Shown: positions 19,777-30,040 of the stretch, in pieces
Position numbering within the stretch: position 1 is the stretch's first letter
Layout: the number at the start of each line of letters is the position of its first letter
DNA from: Bacteroidota bacterium
GTDB lineage: Bacteria; Bacteroidota; Bacteroidia; Bacteroidales; PUMT01
Length of the DNA stretch: 64,000 nt
Assembly (NCBI GenBank): GCA_037446695.1
Contig: JBBIHY010000011.1
Coordinates: 23,172 to 87,171 of the forward strand
Direction of reading: 5' to 3'
Program-made: the position numbers and the translations under genes
The notes under the pieces: generated by a model
What the model was told of the DNA's origin: nothing
The model's input: the letters and a program-made list of their open reading frames with translations, nothing else
Database searches by the model: none

Positions 19777-20802
19777 TTATAATGATTTGGCAAACCGGAT
19801 GATTGCTTTTGCATTGTTTTGCGGGTCAATGGAATTCATTGGTAATTTATAAACCTCGCCATTTTCTCTTTTTTCCAGCCCAAAATTATAGGCTCTGTCA
19901 TAGTATTCCAGGATCATTGAAGCTGCCCGCTCAAAATTGCCATTCAGAATTGCTTCAACGGCCGGTTGCAGGTTTTGATTGCCAAATCGATTTTTTATTT
20001 TTTCAAGCGATTCAATTAATTTTTCTTTTGGGAAACAGGAATATTCTTCTACAAGCTTTTTAATTCTCTCCTGCTTGGATACTTCAATTTTTAAAACTTT
20101 TGCCAATCGCATCTGGTTAAAAAGTTCATCCGGGATAAATATGGTTCCAATTTTTTTGCTTTCATCCTCCAGCCAGATTATCCTGTCAGGGTCATAAACC
20201 CTCATTTGCTCATACAGATTATTTTCAAACTGTTCGGTACTTGGCTGAACTCCCCTTCCCAGTCCGCCAAATGCCGATCCTTTATGATTTGCAAGAGATT
20301 CAAGGTCTATAACCTGTTGCCCCAGCTTTTTTAATTCCCTCAGGATATCCGATTTTCCTGAGCCGGTCATACCTCCCAGAATCAGCAGATGAAATTGTTT
20401 TCTCAGGTAATTTTTAAGAGCTGCACGGTAGGATTTGTATCCTCCCTTCAGGATGAAGCACTTTATTCCGGCCGTTTCAAAAAGCCAGGACATACTTGAA
20501 CTTCTCATTCCTCCTCTCCAGCAGTGAACAACAAGTTGATTGTTTTTTGCTATTTCACTGGCTCGCATTACCATGCCTGACATTTTAGGGCCAACGATGT
20601 CAAGACCTTTTAATACTGCTTCATAGCTACCCTTTTGTTTGTACGTGGTACCTATAAGTGCTCTTTCGTCATCTGAAAAGATGGGGATATTATACGCTCC
20701 GGGAATATGCCCCTGACCGAACTCGGAAGGGGATCGCACATCGATTAGAGGAAGTTCTCCGCAATTATTGAGATAGTTTGAAAAATCAATTATCTCTGCC
20801 AT
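19777..20802 (-). CDS. selU: tRNA 2-selenouridine synthase
   Basis: The 341-aa ORF has an N-terminal rhodanese domain with active-site HCWRGGMRS and a Walker A motif (GGMTGSGKS). This is the MnmH/YbbB architecture. Confidence 0.88.
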   Translation of the reverse strand: MAEIIDFSNYLNNCGELPLIDVRSPSEFGQGHIPGAYNIPIFSDDERALIGTTYKQKGSYEAVLKGLDIVGPKMSGMVMRASEIAKNNQLVVHCWRGGMRSSSMSWLFETAGIKCFILKGGYKSYRAALKNYLRKQFHLLILGGMTGSGKSDILRELKKLGQQVIDLESLANHKGSAFGGLGRGVQPSTEQFENNLYEQMRVYDPDRIIWLEDESKKIGTIFIPDELFNQMRLAKVLKIEVSKQERIKKLVEEYSCFPKEKLIESLEKIKNRFGNQNLQPAVEAILNGNFERAASMILEYYDRAYNFGLEKRENGEVYKLPMNSIDPQNNAKAIIRFAKSL

Positions 20803-20847
20803 AAGTGTGGTTTTAATCTGAAGGGGAATGTCTTTCGCAGGAGGCTG

Positions 20848-23676
20848 TTAAACAGGTTTCGAAAACCACTTGATAAGTAGATTTTTGATATTATCCACCC
20901 TCACAGGCTTGCTCAAAAAGTCATTCATGCCTACCTCCATTGCCTTGGTTCGGTCTAATTCGCTCACATTTGCCGTGAGGGCAATAACAGGCATGGCAAA
21001 ACCAAGTTTACGGATTTCATATGTGGCATCAAAACCGGTTTTAACGGGCATTCTGATATCCATGAAAATAATGTCGTATTGTTTTTCTCGAACCATATTA
21101 ACGGCCTTCATTCCGTTTGGGGCTATATCGATTTCAAATCCCAGGTTTTTGAAGATAATCTGCGCAACACGCTGATTGATTGCATTATCCTCTGCCACAA
21201 GTATAGAAATATCTTGTCTTATTTTTTTCAGGGTAATTGGTTTTGATACAGGTATTTCAATATGGGTAAAGCTGTTCTGGATAAAATCAAAAATCTCGGA
21301 GGAATCGTATGGATAAAGCAGGTAATAATCCACGCCCATTTTTTGGCATTTTACAAGATTGCCCGGACGATTGTTTGAACTAATCATAATGACCAGGTAG
21401 TTTTGAGAAAGCTCATTGATATACAAATCCCTTGCGATTGTGAATCCATTTTGTGCGGGAGTGTCCATTATGACAATGAGGGAATAATTGTCGGATTTAT
21501 CACTTAGCCTTGCCTTAAGAAGAGGAATTGAGGAATCATTGAATTGTGTAATCTCTGATTTTATTTCCATATCTTTCAGAATTTTCTGTAAAGAAACATC
21601 CTTTCTTTTTGGGTCATGGAATATCAGTACCCTTATATCGGAGTAATTCCTTATATGGCTGAAATCAATATTTTTCTCCGGGCCCTTATTTGAATAAACC
21701 TTCATGGTAAAAGAAACCATGGTTCCGGGATTCTTCCCTGACGCAATCAGGGAGGGTGATTTCACTTCAAAATCTCCGTTGAGCAGTTGTATAAGTTTTC
21801 TGGTTTTCAGCAGGCCTTCGGGGATATTTTGCCTTTCATATGCTTCCTTAACAGGTGATTCGCTGTTTGCTATGGCTGCAATATGCGGGGAAATACCAAC
21901 CCCATCATCCTGAACTGCAACTTTCAATCTGAGACTTTCTGTTTCGGAATGTTCTGCTTTAAAAGATATGAGAATCTTTTCCCCTCCGGAATGCTTAATA
22001 GCATTACTGACAAGATTGGTAAGTATTTGTCTTAAAAGAAAGGGGTCTCCAACAATTTCTTCCGGGATATCCGCTTCCATCTCAGTAAAAATGCTCATAT
22101 TTTTTTCTTCGCACATGGCTGAAAAGGAATTACTTACAATTTCCATTTCGTTTTCCAAAACAAAAGGAATTTCTTCAACAAAGATTTTCCCGATTTCGGC
22201 CTTTGAAAAATCAATCAAATCATTGATGACTGAAACGAGCAACTCTGCTGATTTCTTAATGATTTCTATTTTTTCCCTGTAGTCAGGGGAAAGATTCTTC
22301 TCGCTGCTAAGAGTTTCAGAAATGGAAAGAATTCCGTTCAGCGGGGTGCGAATATCCTGACTGATTTTGGCAATGAAATCAGTTTTTGAAGAGTTTGCTG
22401 CCGCCTCGGCTTTTCTGGCGTTCTCCAGGGGAGTTATGTCAATAAATGCCAGTATATAACTTTTCTCTCCCTGAATCTCAAAGGGAATTTCCTTGAAGTA
22501 AAGGAGAATTTCATTGTCATTTTCGTCATAATACACATAGAGAGAGGTTTCTTCATTAACCCCCTTAAATGAAAAAGGAATTTCCCTGAAGTGAAAGAAA
22601 AGACCCTGGGATTCCTTTCCTATCAGGAATTTTTCATCTGCAATTTTCAGGATTTCAAGAGCTGCGCGGTTAACCGACTGGATGTTTTTGTCTTCTGAGG
22701 TATAAAAAATCCCTATTGGCAGGGAGTCCAAAATTTTCTTTAACTTTCTTTCTGATTGTTTCAGGGTAAGTTCTTCCTGCTGCTTCCTTTGCAATACAGC
22801 CAGAAATATCAGGATAATAAAAATAAGAATCAGAAATGTTGCAGCGGCCAGGATAATAATATTCAAAATAACCGAAGTGATAATTTTGTCAGTTTTCAGT
22901 GAAAAAAGAACCCCCAGTTCTTCTGTAAACAAAACCACCGGATAGTAGGAAGTAAGCACTTTCTCTCGTCCCTTGGAAAGATGCACCACCTGTAACAGGG
23001 AACCATCCTTCCCGTCGGAAAGATTCCCTGTTATGATGTCAATTTGCTGAAAACGGATTTCTTCTGAGGAATGATTATGCAGCCTGGTCGTTCCGTCATG
23101 ATCTAAAAGAGCCTGCCATTGCGTGTCTTCAAGATGATAATTTTCAAAAATGCTTTTTGCCAACTGATTAACTGTAAGCGTTGCCTGTACATTTAATTCC
23201 ACCTTATTCCCTTCACTGAATGAGGGCAAAGCATATATCCAGTCACCGTTCTTTCTCTCAAAATGCTCACGGTTGTGCAGGTTTTTGTGGTTCCTGGGCT
23301 GGTATTCATCTGAAAGTATCTGGTTACTCCTGTCTTTTGAAAGGCTGTAGACCTGATTATTACCATTGAATACCTGGATGGATGAAACAAGGTGTGAGTA
23401 TTTAGAAAACAATACTTCGAGTTGCCTGGCTACAATTGTTTTTGAATCAGGATCAGTAAAAAAATCATTGATATTTTTAGTAAAAAGAATGCGATGCAAA
23501 TCATTTTGAAAATCAGCAACTTTTCGTTCAATTTCCCATCCGCAAATTTGTGTTTGCTTTAATAAAAGATCTTTTTGGTAGTCGAGTTGCTGCCTGTAAA
23601 TGTGGAGGTAAAAAAACACATTTACCAGTACAAGGAGGGCAACGATAAGTAAAAACAGGGAATAAAGTTTTTTCAC
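20848..23676 (-). CDS. hybrid sensor histidine kinase / response regulator with degenerate H-box
   Basis: The 942-aa ORF runs: N-terminal TM, periplasmic domain, TM, PAS-like region, HisKA-like (FIAKISQDIRTPLNGI), HATPase_c (NLVSNAIKHS, DDGVGIS), a receiver-like domain, then an intact receiver (FMDIRMP, ALTA, SKP). Confidence 0.85.
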   Translation of the reverse strand: MKKLYSLFLLIVALLVLVNVFFYLHIYRQQLDYQKDLLLKQTQICGWEIERKVADFQNDLHRILFTKNINDFFTDPDSKTIVARQLEVLFSKYSHLVSSIQVFNGNNQVYSLSKDRSNQILSDEYQPRNHKNLHNREHFERKNGDWIYALPSFSEGNKVELNVQATLTVNQLAKSIFENYHLEDTQWQALLDHDGTTRLHNHSSEEIRFQQIDIITGNLSDGKDGSLLQVVHLSKGREKVLTSYYPVVLFTEELGVLFSLKTDKIITSVILNIIILAAATFLILIFIILIFLAVLQRKQQEELTLKQSERKLKKILDSLPIGIFYTSEDKNIQSVNRAALEILKIADEKFLIGKESQGLFFHFREIPFSFKGVNEETSLYVYYDENDNEILLYFKEIPFEIQGEKSYILAFIDITPLENARKAEAAANSSKTDFIAKISQDIRTPLNGILSISETLSSEKNLSPDYREKIEIIKKSAELLVSVINDLIDFSKAEIGKIFVEEIPFVLENEMEIVSNSFSAMCEEKNMSIFTEMEADIPEEIVGDPFLLRQILTNLVSNAIKHSGGEKILISFKAEHSETESLRLKVAVQDDGVGISPHIAAIANSESPVKEAYERQNIPEGLLKTRKLIQLLNGDFEVKSPSLIASGKNPGTMVSFTMKVYSNKGPEKNIDFSHIRNYSDIRVLIFHDPKRKDVSLQKILKDMEIKSEITQFNDSSIPLLKARLSDKSDNYSLIVIMDTPAQNGFTIARDLYINELSQNYLVIMISSNNRPGNLVKCQKMGVDYYLLYPYDSSEIFDFIQNSFTHIEIPVSKPITLKKIRQDISILVAEDNAINQRVAQIIFKNLGFEIDIAPNGMKAVNMVREKQYDIIFMDIRMPVKTGFDATYEIRKLGFAMPVIALTANVSELDRTKAMEVGMNDFLSKPVRVDNIKNLLIKWFSKPV

Positions 23677-23771
23677 AGGAGATTTACAGAATTGGTTGTC
23701 AGTTCAGATCTTACATAATAATAGCGGCAATTTACGCCAAAAATATTCAAATAATAACAGTATGCAACTGG

Positions 23772-24701
23772 TCACCTGTATTTTTCCTCAGTGTCTTCAA
23801 AATAAATACTCAGGTAACTCTCATATCTCGTCAGGCTGATTTTCTCAGCTTTCACTGCCTCGATGACCTGACAGCCCGGCTCATTAATGTGAAGGCAATT
23901 GTAATACTTACAGAGATGAGAAGCCTGGAATATTTCAGGGAAAAAATGAAAAATTTCTTCTTTATCCATATTAACCATACCAAATCCTTTGATACCCGGT
24001 GTATCAATAACAAATCCACCGAATTTCAATTCGTGCATTTCAGAAAATGTGGTGGTGTGTTTCCCTTTCAGGTGGTAATCAGAGATTTCGCTGGTTTTCA
24101 GGTTTAATTCGGGATCAATTGCGTTTACCAGGGTGGATTTACCAACGCCCGAATGACCTGAAAGCAATGTAACTTTTCCTGTAATTAGTTTTGTAAAATC
24201 CTGCAATCCCTCACCTGATGCTACAGATGTTTTATGACATGGATAGCCGATGGATTCGTAGACCTTGCATAATTTCAGCAATTCGCCTTGTTCATCGGCA
24301 TTGTAAAGGTCGGTTTTGTTAATGAGTAGTATGGCAGGAATCCTGTAGGCTTCTGCTGTTGCCAGGAACCTGTCAATAAACCGCAGGGTGGTTTTTGGGT
24401 AGTTAATGGTAATAATGAGAATTGCCTGGTCAATATTGGCCGCAATGATATGAGTCTGCCTGGAAAGATTGGAAGATTTCCGTATAATGTAATTTTTCCT
24501 GTCAGCCACTTCGGTAATCACTCCGGTCTTGTCCCCCCCCCTGACCAGAATATGAACCCTGTCACCAACTACTACCGGGTTGGTACTTTTGGTACCTCTT
24601 GTGCGTAGTGCACCCCTGATTTTACATTGTAAAACTCCCTCACCGTCAGTTCTTACCAGGTACCAGCTCCCTGTGCTTTTAATTACAACCCCTTGGATCA
24701 A
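23772..24701 (-). CDS. rsgA: ribosome small-subunit-dependent GTPase A
   Basis: There is an OB-fold N-terminus and a circularly permuted GTPase (NKTDL ... GHSGVGKSTL ... DTPG). The C-terminal zinc motif is CKYYNCLHINEPGC. Confidence 0.92.
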   Translation of the reverse strand: MIQGVVIKSTGSWYLVRTDGEGVLQCKIRGALRTRGTKSTNPVVVGDRVHILVRGGDKTGVITEVADRKNYIIRKSSNLSRQTHIIAANIDQAILIITINYPKTTLRFIDRFLATAEAYRIPAILLINKTDLYNADEQGELLKLCKVYESIGYPCHKTSVASGEGLQDFTKLITGKVTLLSGHSGVGKSTLVNAIDPELNLKTSEISDYHLKGKHTTTFSEMHELKFGGFVIDTPGIKGFGMVNMDKEEIFHFFPEIFQASHLCKYYNCLHINEPGCQVIEAVKAEKISLTRYESYLSIYFEDTEEKYR

Positions 24702-24821
24702 AATCTACTTTTTTTGTGTAAAGATAGAAAAATATAGACCTTTAAATTTGCCGTAATAAATAAGGAAGTTCTGAAGACCAAATGAAATTTTGCTCTATAT
24801 TGCAGCTTTTTAAAAGTGAAA

Positions 24822-25592
24822 ATGAGAGTAAGTATTATCTCCTATAATGTGAATGGCATAAGGGCAGCCCTGAACAAAGGTCTGGCGGAGTGGATTGCTG
24901 AAGAAAACCCTGATATACTATGTTTTCAGGAAATTAAGGCCGAGGAGAACCAGATTGAGCAATCTGTTTATTCAAATCTGGGATATCAGGGTTTCTGGTT
25001 TCCGGCGGAGAAAAAAGGGTACAGCGGGGTAGGAATTATTACAAAACTTAACCCTCTTGAGATTGTCAAAGGCATAAATGATGTTAAATTTGATTCCGAG
25101 GGCAGAACTATTACACTTGATTTTGAAAACTTCATACTGGTTAATTCATATTTCCCCTCAGGGACAACAGGAGATACGCGCCAGAACTTTAAAATGGAAT
25201 ATCTCTATGATTTCTACCTTTATATTGAAAACCTGAAAAAATCCAGAAAGGGCATTATAGTCTCGGGGGATTTTAATATTTGTCACAAACCGATTGATAT
25301 CAACCATCCGGAAAGACACCTGAAGTCCTCAGGTTTTCTGCCAGAGGAAAGGGAGTGGATGGATAAGTTTGTCCATGCAGGCTTTCTGGATTCCTTCAGG
25401 GAATTTAATCATGATCCTCATCAGTATTCCTGGTGGAGTTACCGGGCAAATTCAAGGGCAAAAAACCTGGGCTGGAGAATTGATTACCATATGGTAACCC
25501 ACTCCCTGCAAAAAAACCTGAAAAGTGCCTCTATCCTGAAAGAAGTTTATCATTCTGATCACTGTCCGGTTAAGGTGGAAATGGAGTTTTAG
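24822..25592 (+). CDS. xth: exodeoxyribonuclease III
   Basis: The protein is EEP-family (SYNVNGIRA, FQEIK, SGDFNICH, SDHCPV). The ORF track starts at GTG 24816, and the ATG at 24822 is preferred. Confidence 0.92.
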   Translation: MRVSIISYNVNGIRAALNKGLAEWIAEENPDILCFQEIKAEENQIEQSVYSNLGYQGFWFPAEKKGYSGVGIITKLNPLEIVKGINDVKFDSEGRTITLDFENFILVNSYFPSGTTGDTRQNFKMEYLYDFYLYIENLKKSRKGIIVSGDFNICHKPIDINHPERHLKSSGFLPEEREWMDKFVHAGFLDSFREFNHDPHQYSWWSYRANSRAKNLGWRIDYHMVTHSLQKNLKSASILKEVYHSDHCPVKVEMEF

Positions 25593-27781
25593 TTTCCTAA
25601 TTCGGAAATGAATTTGATCCGCATTAAACGAATCATTTCTTCGGAGTACTGATCCTCTCCAAGTTCGGCAAGTGCATCCTCAATTGACTCTGTTTCTGCT
25701 TCTTCCCTGAAATACTCATAGATGTCTTCCTGCTTGTCCTCGTCAATAACATGCTTAATATAGTAATCAATATTAAGTTTGGTTCCCGAGTTTACAATAG
25801 ATTCAATTTCGTTGAGAAGGTCCTCCATGTCCAGATCCTTCGCCCTGGCAATATCCTCAAGAGATATCTTGCGGTCAATGGCCTGAATGATATAAACCTT
25901 AAGGCTGGATTTATTTACCATGGATTTTACAACCATATCCATGGGCCTGACAATTTCCTTTTCTTTTACATACGTTTTAATCAGCTCAATAAACTCCTGC
26001 CCGTATTTTTTTGCTTTTCCTGCCCCAACCCCCGTTATGTTTTGTAGTTCTTCCACCGTTATTGGATACTGAAGGGACATATCCTCCAGGGACGGATCCT
26101 GAAATATAATGAAAGGAGGCAGATTGTGTTTTCTGGAAACTTTCTTTCGCAGATCTTTAAGAATCTGCAGGAGTTCAACATCTACAGTGCTGGTTCCTCC
26201 CGAACCACCTTCCTCTTCATCCCCTCCATAATTATCGTAATCATGATCATGTACCAGCAATATTTGGGTGGGATTTTCCAGGTATTTTTTCCCTTGGGGA
26301 CTTATCCGGAGCAAGCCGTAATTCTCAATTTCCTTGGAAAGAAGTTTGGCTATTAAAGCCTGCCTGATTACTGAGTTCCAGAACCTGGGATCCTTTTCAC
26401 TTCCCTGTCCGAAAATTTCCAATTCGTGGTGCCTGTAAGTTTTTATTTCGGCGTTGACAAGTCCACTGAGAATGTAAGCAATATGTTCGGCTTTGAATTT
26501 TTCCTTTACTGCAAGTACTGCTTCAAGTACCATGCAAATGTAATCCTGCCCGTCAAATTGTGTCTTCGGATGTACGCAGTTGTCGCAATTCTCACAGTTT
26601 TCCTCCAGGTAATCTTCTCCAAAATAATTTAATAGTGATTTCCTCCTGCAGAGTGCAGATTCCGCATAAGAGACTGTTTCCAGAAGGAGCTGCTTCCCTA
26701 TTTCCTGTTCTGCAATGAGTTTACCCTGCATGAATTTTTCCAGCTTTTGTATGTCCTTATAACGGTAAAAAGTTACACACCTTCCTTCTCCTCCGTCTCT
26801 TCCGGCTCTTCCGGTTTCCTGGTAATAACCCTCAAGGCTTTTGGGTATGTCGTAATGAATCACATAACGAACATCGGGTTTGTCAATGCCCATGCCAAAG
26901 GCTATGGTAGCCACGATAACATCTACCTCTTCCATAAGAAACTTGTCCTGGTTGGAAGTTCTTGTAACAGAGTCCATGCCTGCATGGTAGGGCAATGCTT
27001 TTATGCCGTTTAACTTCAAAGTTTCAGCCAGTTCTTCCACTTTTTTCCGGCTAAGGCAGTATATGATACCCGACTTACCTGCGTTGTTCTTGATTAATTT
27101 AATAATTTCCTTCGTTGCATGAACTTTAGGCCGTATTTCATAGTAGAGATTGGGCCTGTTAAAAGAGGATTTGAATACGCTGGCGTCCAGCATTCCCAGG
27201 TTTTTCTGGATATCATGCTGAACCTTTGGGGTGGCTGTGGCGGTGAGGGCGATAATGGGTGCAGACCCTATTTCATTAATAATTGGACGAATCCTTCTGT
27301 ATTCGGGACGGAAATCATGTCCCCATTCCGAAATGCAATGCGCCTCATCAATTGCATAGAATGAAATTTTGACCTGTTTAAGAAACTGGATATTTTCCTC
27401 TTTCGTTAGGGACTCTGGAGCAACATAAAGTAATCTTGTATGTCCCTCCAGTACACTTCTTTTAACTTCCTGAATCGCATTTTTTGTGAGGGAGGAATTC
27501 AAAAAATGTGCGACACCTTCTACCATACTGAAAGCCCGCATGGCATCCACCTGGTTTTTCATGAGTGCTATGAGGGGAGAAATAACAATAGCTGTTCCTT
27601 CCAGAATTAATGCCGGTAGCTGGTAGCAAAGGCTCTTTCCTCCACCGGTTGGCATTAACACAAATGTATCTTTCCCATCCAGTACATTTCTGATGATCAC
27701 CTCCTGGGTTCCCTTAAACTGGGAGAAGCCAAAATTCGTCTTCAGGTAATCAGTCAATGATATTTCTGCGCTAATGCTCAT
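25589..27781 (-). CDS. recQ: ATP-dependent DNA helicase RecQ
   Basis: The 730-aa ORF has a DEAH-box helicase core (PTGGGKSLCYQ, DEAHCISEWGHDFRP), an RQC zinc motif (CxxCDNC) and a C-terminal HRDC region. Confidence 0.95.
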   Translation of the reverse strand: MSISAEISLTDYLKTNFGFSQFKGTQEVIIRNVLDGKDTFVLMPTGGGKSLCYQLPALILEGTAIVISPLIALMKNQVDAMRAFSMVEGVAHFLNSSLTKNAIQEVKRSVLEGHTRLLYVAPESLTKEENIQFLKQVKISFYAIDEAHCISEWGHDFRPEYRRIRPIINEIGSAPIIALTATATPKVQHDIQKNLGMLDASVFKSSFNRPNLYYEIRPKVHATKEIIKLIKNNAGKSGIIYCLSRKKVEELAETLKLNGIKALPYHAGMDSVTRTSNQDKFLMEEVDVIVATIAFGMGIDKPDVRYVIHYDIPKSLEGYYQETGRAGRDGGEGRCVTFYRYKDIQKLEKFMQGKLIAEQEIGKQLLLETVSYAESALCRRKSLLNYFGEDYLEENCENCDNCVHPKTQFDGQDYICMVLEAVLAVKEKFKAEHIAYILSGLVNAEIKTYRHHELEIFGQGSEKDPRFWNSVIRQALIAKLLSKEIENYGLLRISPQGKKYLENPTQILLVHDHDYDNYGGDEEEGGSGGTSTVDVELLQILKDLRKKVSRKHNLPPFIIFQDPSLEDMSLQYPITVEELQNITGVGAGKAKKYGQEFIELIKTYVKEKEIVRPMDMVVKSMVNKSSLKVYIIQAIDRKISLEDIARAKDLDMEDLLNEIESIVNSGTKLNIDYYIKHVIDEDKQEDIYEYFREEAETESIEDALAELGEDQYSEEMIRLMRIKFISELGN

Positions 27782-28185
27782 CGGATAAACGAAGAAAAAA
27801 TTGTTAAAAAAAAGACCAAGAATTTCGGATAAACAATTCTGTTATTTCAAATATGTTACACAAAACATCAAATATTCATGATAAAAGTAAAAAAATTTTA
27901 CATGAAAATTGAAAAATGTACCACAAAGGTGAGGAAAATCACTTCAATAGTTGAGAAAAGGAATTTTCGTTTAAATCAATACCTTTGCAAAACTAAATTT
28001 ACAATTTTTCTGATTGAATTAAAAAAAATTAACTTTTTTTAGAACAAATTGGGCGAAAGAAACCAGGTCACTTTATTTAAGGGACTAAAATTTCGACCGA
28101 AAACGGGAAGACTTTTTTATCTGAAACATCAAAAATTGATTAAGGAATTGTAAAGGTTTAAAATTTACCTGTTTGGTTTTTTCAA

Positions 28186-29022
28186 ATGTCTGCTGATTCA
28201 AATAACGAGATGACTTTTCTGGATCACCTGGAGGCTCTGAGGTGGCACCTTGTACGCTCCATTCTTGCCATTGGGCTTGTTTCTGTCGGGGCTTTTATTT
28301 TCAAGGATATAATTTTCGATACTATCATTCTGGCACCAAAAACTCCCGGGTTTTTTACGAACCGGATGCTTTGTGAGTTTGGACAATGGGTGAATGTTTC
28401 AGCTCTTTGTATCAATTCACAGCCTTTTGAGATTATTAACATTAATATGGCAGGGCAATTCTCCACACATATCATGATTTCCCTTATGGCCGGGCTAATA
28501 CTTGCCTTTCCCTATCTCATTTTTGAGTTATGGAGATTTATTAGCCCTGCCCTTTATCCAAAAGAGAAAAAGCATGCAAGGGGAGCAGTGTTTTTCATTT
28601 CCCTGCTTTTCCTTTTAGGGGTTCTGTTCGGATATTTTGTTATTATTCCGCTTTCGGTTCATTTCCTGGGGAATTATTCAGTGAGTGTCCAAGTGACAAA
28701 TCAAATCAATCTTACCTCTTACATTTCCACCATTAGTTCAATTACACTTGCGACCGGAGTAATATTTGAACTGCCGGTACTGATTTATTTCCTTACCCGT
28801 ATTGGTTTTGTTACTCCTGAATTTTTAAAAAAATACCGCCGGCATGCAATTGTTATCGTACTGGCAATTTCGGCTATTATTACACCTCCCGATGTTTTCA
28901 GCCAGATTCTTGTTGCATTTCCCCTGATGTTTCTTTATGAAATAGGAATTATTATTTCCCGGAGAATATTGAACAAAGAAAAACAAAGAATTGAAAAAGA
29001 ATTAAAGGAAAGCTCCGTTTAA
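28186..29022 (+). CDS. tatC: twin-arginine translocase subunit TatC
   Basis: The 278-aa ORF has 6 TM segments and the TatC N-terminal pattern (MTFLDHLEALRWHL). Confidence 0.9.
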   Translation: MSADSNNEMTFLDHLEALRWHLVRSILAIGLVSVGAFIFKDIIFDTIILAPKTPGFFTNRMLCEFGQWVNVSALCINSQPFEIININMAGQFSTHIMISLMAGLILAFPYLIFELWRFISPALYPKEKKHARGAVFFISLLFLLGVLFGYFVIIPLSVHFLGNYSVSVQVTNQINLTSYISTISSITLATGVIFELPVLIYFLTRIGFVTPEFLKKYRRHAIVIVLAISAIITPPDVFSQILVAFPLMFLYEIGIIISRRILNKEKQRIEKELKESSV

Positions 29023-29046
29023 CCCCTGTAAAAAATTTGCTATACC

Positions 29047-29772
29047 ATGATTTTACGAACAGAAAAACTTGTTAAAAAATACCGCAACCGCACAGTGGTT
29101 AATAAAGTTTCTGTTGAGGTGGAGCAGGGGGAGATTGTTGGTTTGCTCGGACCTAACGGGGCTGGGAAAACCACCACCTTCTATATGATAGTTGGACTGA
29201 TTACTCCTAATGAAGGCAGAATATTCCTGGATGACGAAGATATAACAAAATTGCCTGTTTACCGCCGGGCACAGAAGGGCATTGGTTACCTTGCACAGGA
29301 GGCATCGGTATTCCGCAAACTATCAGTGGAAGATAATCTGAAGGCTGTACTGGAAATGTCAGACATGTCAAAGGAAGAACAGAAAGAGCGGGTTGAAATG
29401 TTGATTGATGAGTTTAACTTGCATAAAGTTAGAAAAAGCCTTGGCATCCAGCTTTCCGGAGGAGAAAGGCGCCGGACAGAAATTGCCAGATCCCTGGCTC
29501 TTAAACCAAAGTTTATTCTGCTGGACGAGCCCTTTGCCGGCGTTGACCCGATTGCCGTTGAGGATATTCAGCATATTGTATCAAAACTCAGGGAGAAAAA
29601 TATCGGGATTTTAATCACTGACCACAATGTGCACGAAACTCTCTCCATTACCAACCGTGCCTATCTTTTGTTTGAAGGAGAGATTTTGAAATCGGGTACT
29701 GCCGAAGATTTATCCGAAGATGAACAGGTAAGAAAAGTTTACCTTGGGCAGAATTTTGAACTGAGGAGATAA
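29047..29772 (+). CDS. lptB: LPS export ABC transporter ATP-binding protein LptB
   Basis: The 241-aa ORF has Walker A (GPNGAGKTT), the ABC signature (LSGGERRR) and Walker B (ILLDEP). Its size and C-terminus are LptB-like. Confidence 0.88.
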   Translation: MILRTEKLVKKYRNRTVVNKVSVEVEQGEIVGLLGPNGAGKTTTFYMIVGLITPNEGRIFLDDEDITKLPVYRRAQKGIGYLAQEASVFRKLSVEDNLKAVLEMSDMSKEEQKERVEMLIDEFNLHKVRKSLGIQLSGGERRRTEIARSLALKPKFILLDEPFAGVDPIAVEDIQHIVSKLREKNIGILITDHNVHETLSITNRAYLLFEGEILKSGTAEDLSEDEQVRKVYLGQNFELRR

Positions 29773-29866
29773 AAAGCTGCCCCGGGAGTAACATTTTCCT
29801 TCCCTATAACAAATTCCCTGTGGAAGATTCCTTTATTATGTGGTTTTCAGAAATCAAAAAAAGCAG

Positions 29867-29874
29867 TATCTTTG
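29867..29874 (+). promoter_or_regulatory. putative Bacteroidota -7 box (TATCTTTG) for tRNA-Leu
   Basis: The sequence matches TAnnTTTG and lies 12 nt upstream of the tRNA 5' end. Confidence 0.4.
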
Positions 29875-29885
29875 CCCTGCTTTTT

Positions 29886-29970
29886 GCGGATGTGGCGTAA
29901 TTGGTAGCCGCGCCAGACTTAGGATCTGGTGCCGTAAGGCGTGGGGGTTCGAGTCCCTTCATCCGCACCA
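29886..29970 (+). tRNA. tRNA-Leu (anticodon UAG)
   Basis: The sequence folds manually into a cloverleaf. The acceptor stem is GCGGATG/CATCCGC and the anticodon stem CCAGA/TCTGG carries loop CTTAGGA. There is a long variable arm (GCC-GTAA-GGC), a T-loop TTCGAGT and an encoded CCA. Confidence 0.9.
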
Positions 29971-30040
29971 GTGCAAACCGCAGGGCATTTTGATAACTTC
30001 AGAATGTTTTTGCGGTTTCAAAATATAATTCTTTTAAGAA

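Noticed and set aside
27782-28185. 400-nt AT-rich gap between recQ and tatC, examined for a tatA gene or an ncRNA. A TACCTTTG -7 box is present at 27980-27987.
   Set aside because: There is no ATG-initiated small ORF, no convincing hairpin or terminator and no conserved-looking structure. It is most simply a pair of divergent promoter regions or a long tatC leader.
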